In this document: positions 1 to 8,829 of the stretch, piece by piece | How the letters are laid out: each line of letters begins with the position of its first letter | Position numbering within the stretch: position 1 is the stretch's first letter | Source: Tubiluchus corallicola | Lineage: Eukaryota; Animalia; Priapulida | Direction: 5' to 3' | DNA: 11,661 nucleotides | NCBI GenBank assembly: GCA_030141605.1 | Contig: JAQGDQ010000099.1 | Coordinates: 1-11,661 of the forward strand | Program-made: the position numbers and the translations under genes | The notes under the pieces: generated by a model | Databases searched by the model: none | The model's input: the letters and a program-made list of their open reading frames with translations, nothing else | Told to the model about the DNA's origin: nothing

Positions 1-1968
1 GCGTGTTTTACAGTTCGTGTCTTTGCACTTCATTCCTAGAGGGCACATCTTCGATCTATGATCTGGCTTAAAGCAATTTATGCAAAGCTTCTTTTTAAAA
101 ACAAATTGGAATCTGTCATCGGTAACATTCTTCTTAAAATCAGTGCAGTCTTCCAAACTGTGGTCTCTAAGACACATTGGACATTTAGCATTTTGCCTTG
201 CCAATTCGGTGTTGAAGACCTTTGTACTTTTGCTCCTTTCCATCCTTTTCCCAGAAACACCTCTAGAGGATAATTGTTTGCTGCTCTCAAATATGTCACC
301 GAAGACTGGGTGGTTGCTTGCTTTGGCCTTCTTGCAAACGAAATACACTAAATCTGCAAATGTGGCTTCCTTAATATGATGTTGATTATTAGAGTCATCT
401 TCTTCAGTGAGCGTACTTAACCACTGGCTTCGCCATTGCATTGGTAACCGCCTCACAATCTTCTTTAAATTATCAGAAGCATTAATATCCGCGTGATAAC
501 CTAGACGCCCTAAAGCATCTCGGCAATCAACCAGTTTATCAGCATAATCTTGAAGCCCTTTCCTGTCACTGACCTTGAACTCTGGTCCATCAATTAATCC
601 ATTAATGTATGCTCGGGCTATCACATAAGGAGAGCCAAAACGCTCTTCCAAAAGCTTCTTTGCTTTCAAGAAGCCTTCACTTGGTTGCAGCGTCACACAG
701 TTTTTAATCAGCTCATAAGCCTTACCAGTTGTATATCGTTGTAAGAAGTGCAATTTTTCTCCATCGTCGCTGCATTTTGATTCAACATTGGCCTCAAATG
801 AGCATAGAAAACGATGATAATCAGTTGGATCGCCATTAAATTCAGTTAGCGCTGATGCAGGTAAAGAAAAACCTCGTTTTATTGCATCTGCCATCTCCCT
901 GATAACATTGACATTAGATGCAGATGGTGTATTCCTCACCTGGGCATCGTCAAGACAGTCGTACGTTACATGTCCTTCTGCAACTTGAGCCCCGTCAACA
1001 ACACGAGAAGTTGGGTTCACATGAACGAGTGTGTCTGCACTTGTGAATGCACCTGCATTCATTGCTGTTTGTCTGGCTTTATCCTGGGAACGCCCTTGCG
1101 ATCTGTGGTGGGCAGTTCCATGTGCAGGTGTCATGTGAGACAAGTGTGAATGCAACTCAACTGAATTTGCATCTCTTTCTTCTTCCTGCAAAATTCGCAA
1201 ACTCTCTGTTGCTATCTTAAAATCAGTCTCTGCTCTAAGTTTTTCACACTCTTGTTCAATTTTCAACTGTTGTTGTCTTAGCACTTGTTCACTTTGCAAC
1301 TGTTGTTGTTTTAGCATTTGTTCACCTTGCAACTGTTCAAGCTTTAGTTTTGCTTTATAGGCATCCACCTTTATTTTAGCGCTTGAACTCACGCTGCGTC
1401 GCGAGTTTGCCTGTGATGAGCGTGTGAGGGCGGATCCATGATCGCTACCCGGTGGTGCGGGCACTTCCGGTGGCTTGAGTGAATGCAAACGGGCGGATCC
1501 ATGATCACTACCAGGAGAGGGTGCTGCATGTGGGCTTGGTTGCCATTTCTGTTGTAGATACGCCTCCACGTTTGCTTGCACGGCACTGTACTCACAGCTT
1601 TTGCCATCCATGTACTCACATATTTCATCTAATTCACATTGTTCAGTCACTAATTGCTTCAAAGTCTCACAAGTGTTTAGAACCTCCTCATAGGCCTTTG
1701 TTAATGAATCGGCCTTTTCCTTTATTAGTTCAAAATCGGCATTCTGTCGTAGTAGTGACTTCAAACCATTAATCAGTCTTGTCATGTAGGCCACTTGACC
1801 TGACCTAGTTCTTTTTAACTTTTTAATATTCTCAGACGGCATTAGAAATTGTTGCCAATCAGGAATTGCAGTAGTACCCGTGACAGTAGATTCAGTTTCC
1901 AGTGGGTTACTCTCATCACTAATACTATCTGCGTGCTGAGAAAGTTCCTTCTTTCCAGACTGTGACAT
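1..1968 (-). CDS. gag: BEL/Pao LTR retrotransposon Gag (start of gag-pol polyprotein), partial, runs off window start
   Basis: Manual translation from ATG at 1968 (MSQSGKKELSQH...) gives 656 codons with no stop down to base 1, which likely explains its absence from the ORF track. It contains a DUF1759-type capsid region (LPASALTEFNGDPTDYHRFLCSFEANV...EKLHFLQRYTTGKAYELI...AKKLLEERFGSP...NLKKIVRRLP...ATFADLVYFV...NHPVFG) and the BEL/Pao triple zinc knuckle: CPMCLRDHSLEDC (145-183), CINCFKPDHRSKMC (43-84), CKDTNCKTR.. (1-27, cut by the window). Confidence 0.93.
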   Translation of the reverse strand, partial: MSQSGKKELSQHADSISDESNPLETESTVTGTTAIPDWQQFLMPSENIKKLKRTRSGQVAYMTRLINGLKSLLRQNADFELIKEKADSLTKAYEEVLNTCETLKQLVTEQCELDEICEYMDGKSCEYSAVQANVEAYLQQKWQPSPHAAPSPGSDHGSARLHSLKPPEVPAPPGSDHGSALTRSSQANSRRSVSSSAKIKVDAYKAKLKLEQLQGEQMLKQQQLQSEQVLRQQQLKIEQECEKLRAETDFKIATESLRILQEEERDANSVELHSHLSHMTPAHGTAHHRSQGRSQDKARQTAMNAGAFTSADTLVHVNPTSRVVDGAQVAEGHVTYDCLDDAQVRNTPSASNVNVIREMADAIKRGFSLPASALTEFNGDPTDYHRFLCSFEANVESKCSDDGEKLHFLQRYTTGKAYELIKNCVTLQPSEGFLKAKKLLEERFGSPYVIARAYINGLIDGPEFKVSDRKGLQDYADKLVDCRDALGRLGYHADINASDNLKKIVRRLPMQWRSQWLSTLTEEDDSNNQHHIKEATFADLVYFVCKKAKASNHPVFGDIFESSKQLSSRGVSGKRMERSKSTKVFNTELARQNAKCPMCLRDHSLEDCTDFKKNVTDDRFQFVFKKKLCINCFKPDHRSKMCPLGMKCKDTNCKTR
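1252..1340 (-). repeat. 33-bp in-frame tandem repeat within gag (11-aa Gln-rich units)
   Basis: ttgttca recurs at 1252/1285/1318 and caactg at 1264/1297/1330; protein EQLQGEQMLKQ-QQLQSEQVLRQ-QQLKIEQECEK. Confidence 0.85.
1428..1515 (-). repeat. In-frame direct duplication within gag (PGSDHGSA twice, 63-bp offset)
   Basis: gggcggatccatgatcgctacccgg (1428-1452) vs gggcggatccatgatcactaccagg (1491-1515), 23/25 identical. Confidence 0.85.
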
Positions 1969-2111
1969 TATTATTTCCACACAGCAGTCTAAAGTTTTAC
2001 AGCAACGTAGCAGTAGTTGTCCTACAATCAGTGTTAACAGCAAAGTAGGTCAAACTCAGAGTTGTGTACCTGTATAGGCTACAGCATGGCTTCTAATCCT
2101 CCACAGTTCAC

Positions 2112-2449
2112 TGTTGTAAAAAATAAACTTTCCACAGCAAATGTCAGCATAATAGTAAGTCAGGTTAATGATGTAGTCACAGAAAACACTGTAAACAGAG
2201 GTTAATACCACTGAATGCTTTATTAACATAATCAGTATGTCCAGTATAACATAAATGTTCAACAGCTCCCATAAGTGGATTAACCTGACTGTTCAGAGCA
2301 CAGGTGTGTAATGACAGACAAGTGACTAGCAGGTAACAAACAGAAAAGCTGGCCAAAACCAAAAGCTTTACATTCACGTCACAGATGGCGCCTCGTGCAC
2401 GATAAGTAAGATTAACAAAAAGAATGCTAAGCCTGCTACAACCGTAACA
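2112..2449 (-). repeat. Putative 5' LTR (~338 bp) of the BEL/Pao element
   Basis: Minus strand starts TGTTACG (2449) and ends TACAACA (2112), giving TGTT...AACA termini; internal AATAAA at 2219-2224 (minus); ends 143 bp upstream of the gag ATG. The second LTR is not visible, so boundaries (especially 2112) are inferred. Confidence 0.55.
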
Positions 2450-2708
2450 TAATATTGTATTCATAAGTGGGACCCGTATAGATTAAGGCGCCCTTCATTC
2501 GTGATACCTTAGTTTTGATATTCTTTTATCAGTTTCATTTATAAGTCATAATTATCGTCACATATTTACATATAAATATATATTTAAAACTAGAAATAAT
2601 TTATTCTCCTGCTATGAAATCTGATATCTTTGCTGCAGTACTTGCTTTAATTCGATATGAAAAACAGGTACTAGACTACCATCCACAAGACTATCAATAG
2701 CTACAAGG

Positions 2709-2961
2709 TACTCCAAAAACAGTGCACTAACAATGCTATGTCCATGTCATAGATTTAAATGCTATTCGTGCGCAGAGAGAAATCGCTAGACTTGCGCAAA
2801 AAGTGGGGCAGCAATGGGTGCCATGTTTTTGTACTGTAATTCTATGATCTGTTGTATGGCAAACAGTGAACGCCATGTTGTATAGACTACAGACAGTGTG
2901 TAGAAAAGCTACATTCGCTTGTATGGCAAAGACAGTCTCTCAGCAGCACACTTTTGGAGTA
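2709..2961. mobile_element. Possible degraded MITE (short inverted termini)
   Basis: tactccaaaa (2709-2718) and ttttggagta (2952-2961) form a perfect 10-bp inverted repeat including terminal TA, with further partial gtgc/gcac pairing inward; internal direct repeat tgtatggcaaa occurs twice. Confidence 0.3.
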
Positions 2962-3150
2962 TTGTTCGATATGCAGGTTAGCAAATTCTCTCTATGCATG
3001 TCTGACATTTAAATCTATGGTTTATGTTTTATGCAATGCACAAGTCCAAGTTCATTTTAGAGTATTTTTCAGCTGCTTTTTCAGCCAGTCAGCATATTTT
3101 TTGCACTGTTTTTATAATACCGTGCAGCGCGACTTTAATTTTTAAATCAG

Positions 3151-3232
3151 GAAGACTGCTGAGGATCCAGTTGTGATGAATGACACAAAGATCTTGGCCA
3201 TTGCTGAAAAACACCGGAAGACTCCAGCTCAA
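3151..3232 (+). CDS. Aldo-keto reductase family 1 (AKR1), internal coding exon (equivalent to AKR1B1 exon 7)
   Basis: Acceptor aaatcag|G, donor CAA|gtaag; 82 nt; reads (x)KTAEDPVVMNDTKILAIAEKHRKTPAQ, matching the AKR1 segment [26 protein letters not shown]. Confidence 0.93.
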
Positions 3233-3766
3233 GTAAGATGTTCTCTTGTTTATAATCAAGGACTGCTTTGTTACAATGGTTGTAAATTTTTATTTCACTA
3301 ATTTCCTAATGTAAGTTGTAGCATTACCGTGAAATTACCAAGGAAATAATGATTTGAATTGAAACTTTTTCTACCTTTTTTGTTTTGTTTTCTGAAGGTC
3401 TGTCACATTGCTACCTGTTAATATGCATTCATTAGTTTTGATATTTGTTATGATAGAGGATAAAATTTTGAAAGTGCTCAATTTTGATTGGTTTGTTACA
3501 GAAATTTCTAGTTTGTTATGTTATTTAACATATCATTACAGCATACTAAAAATCGCTAACAAAATGTTATAAGTCCAGTTCGAGGATTTCTAGTTTCTTT
3601 TCAGTCTGCTACATCAATATTTTCCCCCTAATTATATTGCAGTGTTAGTACACCTGTGTTGTAGATTTAATTTTAAGTACTGTTTACAAAATTCTATTTT
3701 ATGCTGCTGTTGACAGATAGTGGTAATGTGATTTTAACTGGCTTTGTTGACTTTCTCTATGACTAG

Positions 3767-3850
3767 ATCTGCATTAGATATCAGCTTGATCGAGGAAACA
3801 TTGTGCTTGCAAAGAGCGTCCACAAGCCTCGCATTGAAGAAAACTTCAAG
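3767..3850 (+). CDS. AKR1 internal coding exon with cofactor-binding signature (AKR1B1 exon 8 equivalent)
   Basis: Acceptor ctttctctatgactag|ATC, donor AAG|gtatg; 84 nt; ICIRYQLDRGNIVLAKSVHKPRIEENFK, containing the AKR (IP/LA)KS....RI.EN motif. Confidence 0.95.
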
Positions 3851-3893
3851 GTATGATTTATCATGTTAAAGTGAAATGTACAACTGCATAAAA

Positions 3894-3986
3894 CTGACCT
3901 GCTTCTAGTTTAAAACCCCTGTTCCTGACCTGCTTTTAGTTTAAAACCCCCGCCACTGACCTGCTTTCAGTTTAAAACCCCCGTCG
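3894..3986. repeat. Intronic tandem repeat, 3 x 31 bp
   Basis: Units at 3894, 3925, 3956: ctgacctgcttctagtttaaaacccctgttc / ctgacctgcttttagtttaaaacccccgcca / ctgacctgctttcagtttaaaacccccgtcg. Confidence 0.92.
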
Positions 3987-4744
3987 CTCATAGTCTTATT
4001 ATGGGCACACTAAAATCTCTATAGGTGTAGTATCATTGCACTTGCAGTGCGGGGTGATAATATTGGACTCTTTGTCTGCGTATGCATGACTCTTTTAATA
4101 CGATGCAACAACATCCAATAACAGAGCAATTTTCTTTATTTTGCCTGCACCCATGAAGTAATTTTTTATATTGCCATGATGTTCCGAGACCTTACGTTGA
4201 TCATTGAATATTTTTTTGCGGGGGAGTCACAGGCAGGTGTTCGTAGTCAGCATCCAGTGCGACGGGAGCTTAAGAAAACCTTGTCTTGTACCTTGAGTCA
4301 CTAATTTTTATACATTATTTTCTTAGCTTTCTGGATAAAAAAACAGTAAAAGTTTAGGACAGTATGATGCTAAAATAAGATTTTACACGATGTTTGGCTG
4401 ATAGGAAGTCGCATGCTTGTGTGTGAAGTGTCTAATTGCTTTACCATGTTTCTCCCTGTGAAGATTTAGATAATTCTGAGAGATAACTGTCATTTTGAAG
4501 TTAGCAACTAGAAGTGTTGTGATGTTAATCCCTGAAAATTTTGTTGTAGAGTGAAGAATAAGGACTTGAGTCTTAAAGTCAATCGTGAACAAGTTTTCTT
4601 GTTAAGAACCCAGTGAATAATACTCCGTACCAGAGACTGCCGAAAATGACTTTTGTATAAAATTGAACAGTGGTTTACACCTCAGGATTTTGTTTAAACA
4701 TTTTGATGGAATAAAAATTTTGAAATGTTTCTGTTTGTAATAAT

Positions 4745-5140
4745 CAGGGTTCCCACAGTCTGGGAAAATCCTTGAAAATACTGGCTATCCTGGAAAGTCA
4801 TTGAAAAATCAGGTAAAATGATAATTTGGTAAAAAGTCAGGGAAAATTGTGAAAATGAGGTGAAAAGTCAGGGAAATTGGAAAGGGTTGCAGAAACGTGA
4901 ACCGGTATTTTTCCAAAAATATTTTTCAGCGATTTGTGTTCAAACAAAATTTTGCTATGGCAGGCTCCGAGTTTCGATTTCAGTTCCAAAAAAAATGATT
5001 GGCCGACACATTATATATCAGTATATATATGAGTGTCCTTACATAAAAATATTTGAATATGTATACTGGTAATACAATTTCTGCTTATATGGTCAGGGAA
5101 AAGTTAGGGAGATTTATTTTAAAATTCTGTGGGAACCTTG
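4745..5140. mobile_element. Non-autonomous DNA transposon (MITE), 396 bp, possibly hAT-related, in AKR intron
   Basis: TIRs cagggttcccacag (4745-4758) and ctgtgggaaccttg (5127-5140), 13/14 match; repeated subterminal gtcagggaaa-like motifs near both ends; flanked by aataat on both sides (4739-4744, 5141-5146); no transposase ORF. Confidence 0.8.
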
Positions 5141-5645
5141 AATAATAATAATTAACTACCTGTTGCATAACTATTTACTAATATAATATTTAACACTACA
5201 TTTCTCGGTATTAGCTGAGAGATTTAGACTTTGAATTTTGAACAGTGGACTTGAACTTGAACTTTAAATCCCAGGATCTTTTCCACCTGTACTATAGATA
5301 TGCTGTAATCACATCAAACTTGTGAGAATTTGTTTAGTTTTAATGAAATTCGAAAAAAATTATAAGATTCTCGAAACTTATATAAGCTTTAGTAAAGTAT
5401 TTTTCGTTTCAGTATTATTAATGTAAGCCGTCATTGCTACAAATGCTGTACCATCATGGCTTACAAATACTATCACTGCTTAGAAAGATGGGTACTGAGC
5501 ATTTTGTGACTAGTTTAGTACTTGGTGTGATCAGTGAAAGTTTTAGTTTGTCCATAATATCAGAATTAGCATACCCACACTGGTTGTCAGTTCTCTTACC
5601 TTTTGCTTTGATTTAAGTTATATGGTTTATGTTTTTTAATGCCAG

Positions 5646-5728
5646 GTCTTCGACTTTAAATTAAGCGCGGACGATATGGAAGCCATTGATAGTTTGGATA
5701 GGGGATACAGAAGCTTGCATTTAAGATG
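5646..5728 (+). CDS. AKR1 internal coding exon (AKR1B1 exon 9 equivalent)
   Basis: Acceptor gccag|GTC, donor TG|gtaagt; 83 nt; VFDFKLSADDMEAIDSLDRGYRSLHLR(W), the typical AKR VFDF.LS..DM..I..L.R segment. Confidence 0.95.
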
Positions 5729-6167
5729 GTAAGTATTCCTTTTCTTATTTTATCCTTCTTTGCTCATAGTAGTCCAAGAACTTAGTTTATTATTGACTTT
5801 GCATGAATGATTTTGCACAAAAACTAATCATAAGAAGATCTTAAGAAAATTCGTAAGTGCCATTTATCGAATTATAAAACATTGAAGAAGCATGATAAAT
5901 ACCATGTAACAAAAATGTTGGTAAGATCATAGACAAATCTGACCCAGGTTTTGCATTATTTGTAAAAAATCTGTGTGCTATTAATCTATCTCCCACCTAC
6001 CACTCCAAGGGATGTGTCAGATTGGGGTGAAACAGGTCATTCTTTTAGGCTGTGATGTTTAAAACTAGTGCTATCTCCTTTGTAGATATGTGAAAGGTGT
6101 AATTGCTGCAAAAGTTTGTGAATAGTTCTAGACAAAAGACAAGACTCACAATACTGTTTTTTTTCAG

Positions 6168-6210
6168 GGTCAGTGATCACCCACTGTGGCCATTTGGAAT
6201 ACCTTTTTAA
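6168..6210 (+). CDS. AKR1 terminal coding exon (AKR1B1 exon 10 equivalent) with stop codon
   Basis: Acceptor ttttttttcag|G; 43 nt; completes the split TG|G codon and reads (W)VSDHPLWPFGIPF*, matching the AKR1 C-terminal HP.YPF..EF/Y tail; TAA at 6208-6210. Confidence 0.9.
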
Positions 6211-6440
6211 GCATTGTTGACTTCTGTGGCATAATGGGGGGCGGGCTTTGGCTGCCCAATGAGGTTTGCACACCCCACACTATGCCACATATTGCTAATG
6301 TACTTTTATTGAAATGTGGTGGGAGTATGTAGACAGTGGCTTGTCAGTACCAAAATAGATGCAATCTTTCTTGTTTTTCCAATCGTCACTTCGTTAGTCA
6401 AAAGAATGGGTCTGTACAAGCATCAATTTTATTTTATTTT

Positions 6441-6830
6441 AATAAGCCTTTTCATAGTTTCGCTATATACACACACAGTTGCTGTATATCAAAGGTTAAG
6501 TGAACCCAGTGTATCTTACTTAACTACAACCATCACATGACCTTATGCATGTAGCTACATGTATGTGAAACAGGTGAAACACCTAGTTATTTTGGATATT
6601 ATACCACACGTGTATAGTTTAAAACGAACAAGTTATTCTTATCCAAAAAAATGAAATAACTGAAGCAAAAATTACTGCCAAGAACGGTTACCAATGCAAT
6701 AGCATGGGCTGCGAGGTGTTGTCAAGTGCAGACAAATGCATTGTTTGATTTAGCTAACGTTGTTAGGTTCACTTAACCTTTGACCTTTTCACGATCATCG
6801 TCAGTCACTGGAACTGTGAAAATGCTTATT
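6441..6830. mobile_element. MITE-like element (~390 bp) with bipartite inverted repeats
   Basis: Outer IR aataagccttttcatagtttc (6441-6461) vs ggaactgtgaaaatgcttatt (6810-6830), 18/21; inner perfect 18-bp IR tcaaaggttaagtgaacc (6489-6506) vs ggttcacttaacctttga (6766-6783); spacers of 27 and 26 bp do not pair. Confidence 0.72.
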
Positions 6831-7706
6831 GTGGATAAAGGTAAGAATTTCGAACTTTAATTACAAATGAAATCATAAGTGCCAATACTAGCTGTGATAT
6901 AATAGTTAATTTATTTTGTGTCCTGACATTTGTTAGCATTCTTCATTGTCCAAGGTGAAAAATCTGAACACAAAAGCAAATTTTTAACAATTAAACATAT
7001 TAAATTGACAATACTTGTGGTTTCTTTCATAATTAAAGTTAAATTCCCTGTTCATCACTCTATCTTGAACTTTGTGTCAATGTCTTGGTTGTCTCTGTGA
7101 CCAAGTTTTAACTTGGTTGTAATGCAAATGGGTGTAATTATCATTAAGTAAGAATTTTAATAGTTACGAACATTATTGCTTCTTGATCATGTAAAACAGT
7201 TGAAATTCGTGTCAAAAATAAAATTTTGTCAAACTGTTAAAAAAGTTGTAATATTTGAATTTTGTTTCTACGTCGCATTCAAATGTTTTATGTGACAAGC
7301 TGAGGCTCCAGCTGATAGTTGTACAATATTCGTCAATGTCACCATATGAATCGGTGATAATCAGTTCAACGTTAAAATAATATGATATAAATTCAAGTGA
7401 CAGGCAGGAAAAGGCAACTGACTGAAAAGTCAAAAAGAAATGCACCAAAGCTTGTTTTTCTTTTAGTGTATCCTTATACGTATTATAATATAACTATTAT
7501 AATGCATCCACAAACAATTAGAAAGAATAGACATTGAATTGTGATTCCTATTACTAAAGCACGCTAAATGAGTACTATTGTTTATTAAAGAAAATTGTGT
7601 ACACATTTTCGTTAAAGATTTTAAAGATAGTGTTGTTCACAAAAATGTCGCCAACGGAAATCTTCTGTATGAGAAATTCTTAAAAAAAGTGACATCCATA
7701 AAAATT

Positions 7707-7756
7707 TCATTATGTAACAATGTAGCATTATGTAACAAACTAATGTAGGGGTGGTC
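7707..7756 (-). repeat. Inverted short copy of the minisatellite unit and its left flank (MITE-like terminus with 18-bp subrepeat)
   Basis: cattatgtaacaa occurs at 7708 and 7726 (18-bp period). Reverse complement of 7707-7737 matches 8868-8898 at 27/31; reverse complement of 7725-7750 matches 8767-8792 at 21/26. Confidence 0.6.
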
Positions 7757-8829
7757 TCAGTATGTATTTAGGTCTTGTCACAGTCTGGGTTTACTCCAAC
7801 TATTCAACAGGATCAGTTTACATTTGTTCTAGATGTGGATCTCGCTCCGTCTTGGTCTATGTAGGGAAATCGCATATATATATTTCCCGAAGTTAAATTT
7901 AATTTTGTGTGTTAATCTAAAACTACAGTTTTATAATATAGCCTTGAATGTAAAATTTAAAGATGCCCTTAGAATAGGTCTGTAGGTAGTTCCAGACCAT
8001 ACAAGTATGCATTGCATGAAGCCCACTATTTAGATTAATTTATGAAGGAAAAGTTTATATAAGGCCGCTGGATATGAACAACCAGGACAACTCTCTTAGC
8101 TTTCACTGGCCAACAGAGCAAGTCCCTCTGTATAGGCCTGTAGTGCTAAATTATAGTTAAAATTATGGTGCACCTAAATTGAATTTATTTTATCCGTTTA
8201 AGGTAATTATTGTGCCTTAGTGCATTGTGCTACTTGTGACAATTATGCAATTCATGTAAATGGTAGTATGTAAGTAAACATTTATTAAACTAACACCTTA
8301 TATTTGTGAAATTTGTAATGTGTGAATCATGCTATTGTTCTCAAGTTATAAGTGAATAGAAATGTTACTTGAATGAAATAATAATGTATTTTATTGTGGC
8401 CACACTTTAATCAAATCTATCTTGCCTGTTTTTTGTTGTTGGTTTGTGAACATTTGAAATAGGGAGTACGAATGACTAAATAAAAGTGATTAAACGTTCA
8501 AAGTAGTGAAACGCAAGCAATTAAAGAAATACATATTGAGGTTTACTTTAAAAATGGATAAACGCATAACCCTATCTTAATGGCAATCATAAAAATATTT
8601 GACAGTTTCAGTCCTGTTACAAATAGATTACCAGGTTAACATGCCATAGGTTTCTCCCGAGTTTTATTAATATAAAAATCATATACAATGAAACAAATTT
8701 TCGATAGTCTAGTCCATTCTCGGGTCTATTCTGTCTGAGGTCTGATCTCTGCTCAGGTTAGGCAAACCCTGCGTTAGTTTGTCATATTATGCATCGGTTT
8801 TGTCGCACAATGATTCTTTTGTAATAACA

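Larger units (their letters stand above)
1..2449 (-). mobile_element. BEL/Pao LTR retrotransposon, 5' portion (LTR, leader, gag)
   Basis: Gag ORF above plus an upstream LTR-like segment beginning TGTTACGG at 2449 on the minus strand. Pol and the 3' LTR would lie outside the window. Confidence 0.88.

Noticed and set aside
58-1772. Short track ORFs 58-273, 78-299, 80-379, 1389-1628 and 1479-1772
   Set aside because: Shadow or alternative frames overlapping the long gag frame; no recognisable motifs.
5800-5948. Possible Harbinger-type MITE remnant (taag-rich motifs, ending tgacccagg)
   Set aside because: No matching left inverted terminus or TSD found.
7212-7448. 78-aa minus-strand ORF with a good-looking acceptor (ttgacttttcag)
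   Set aside because: No recognisable protein similarity and no partner exons; plausible by chance in AT-rich DNA.
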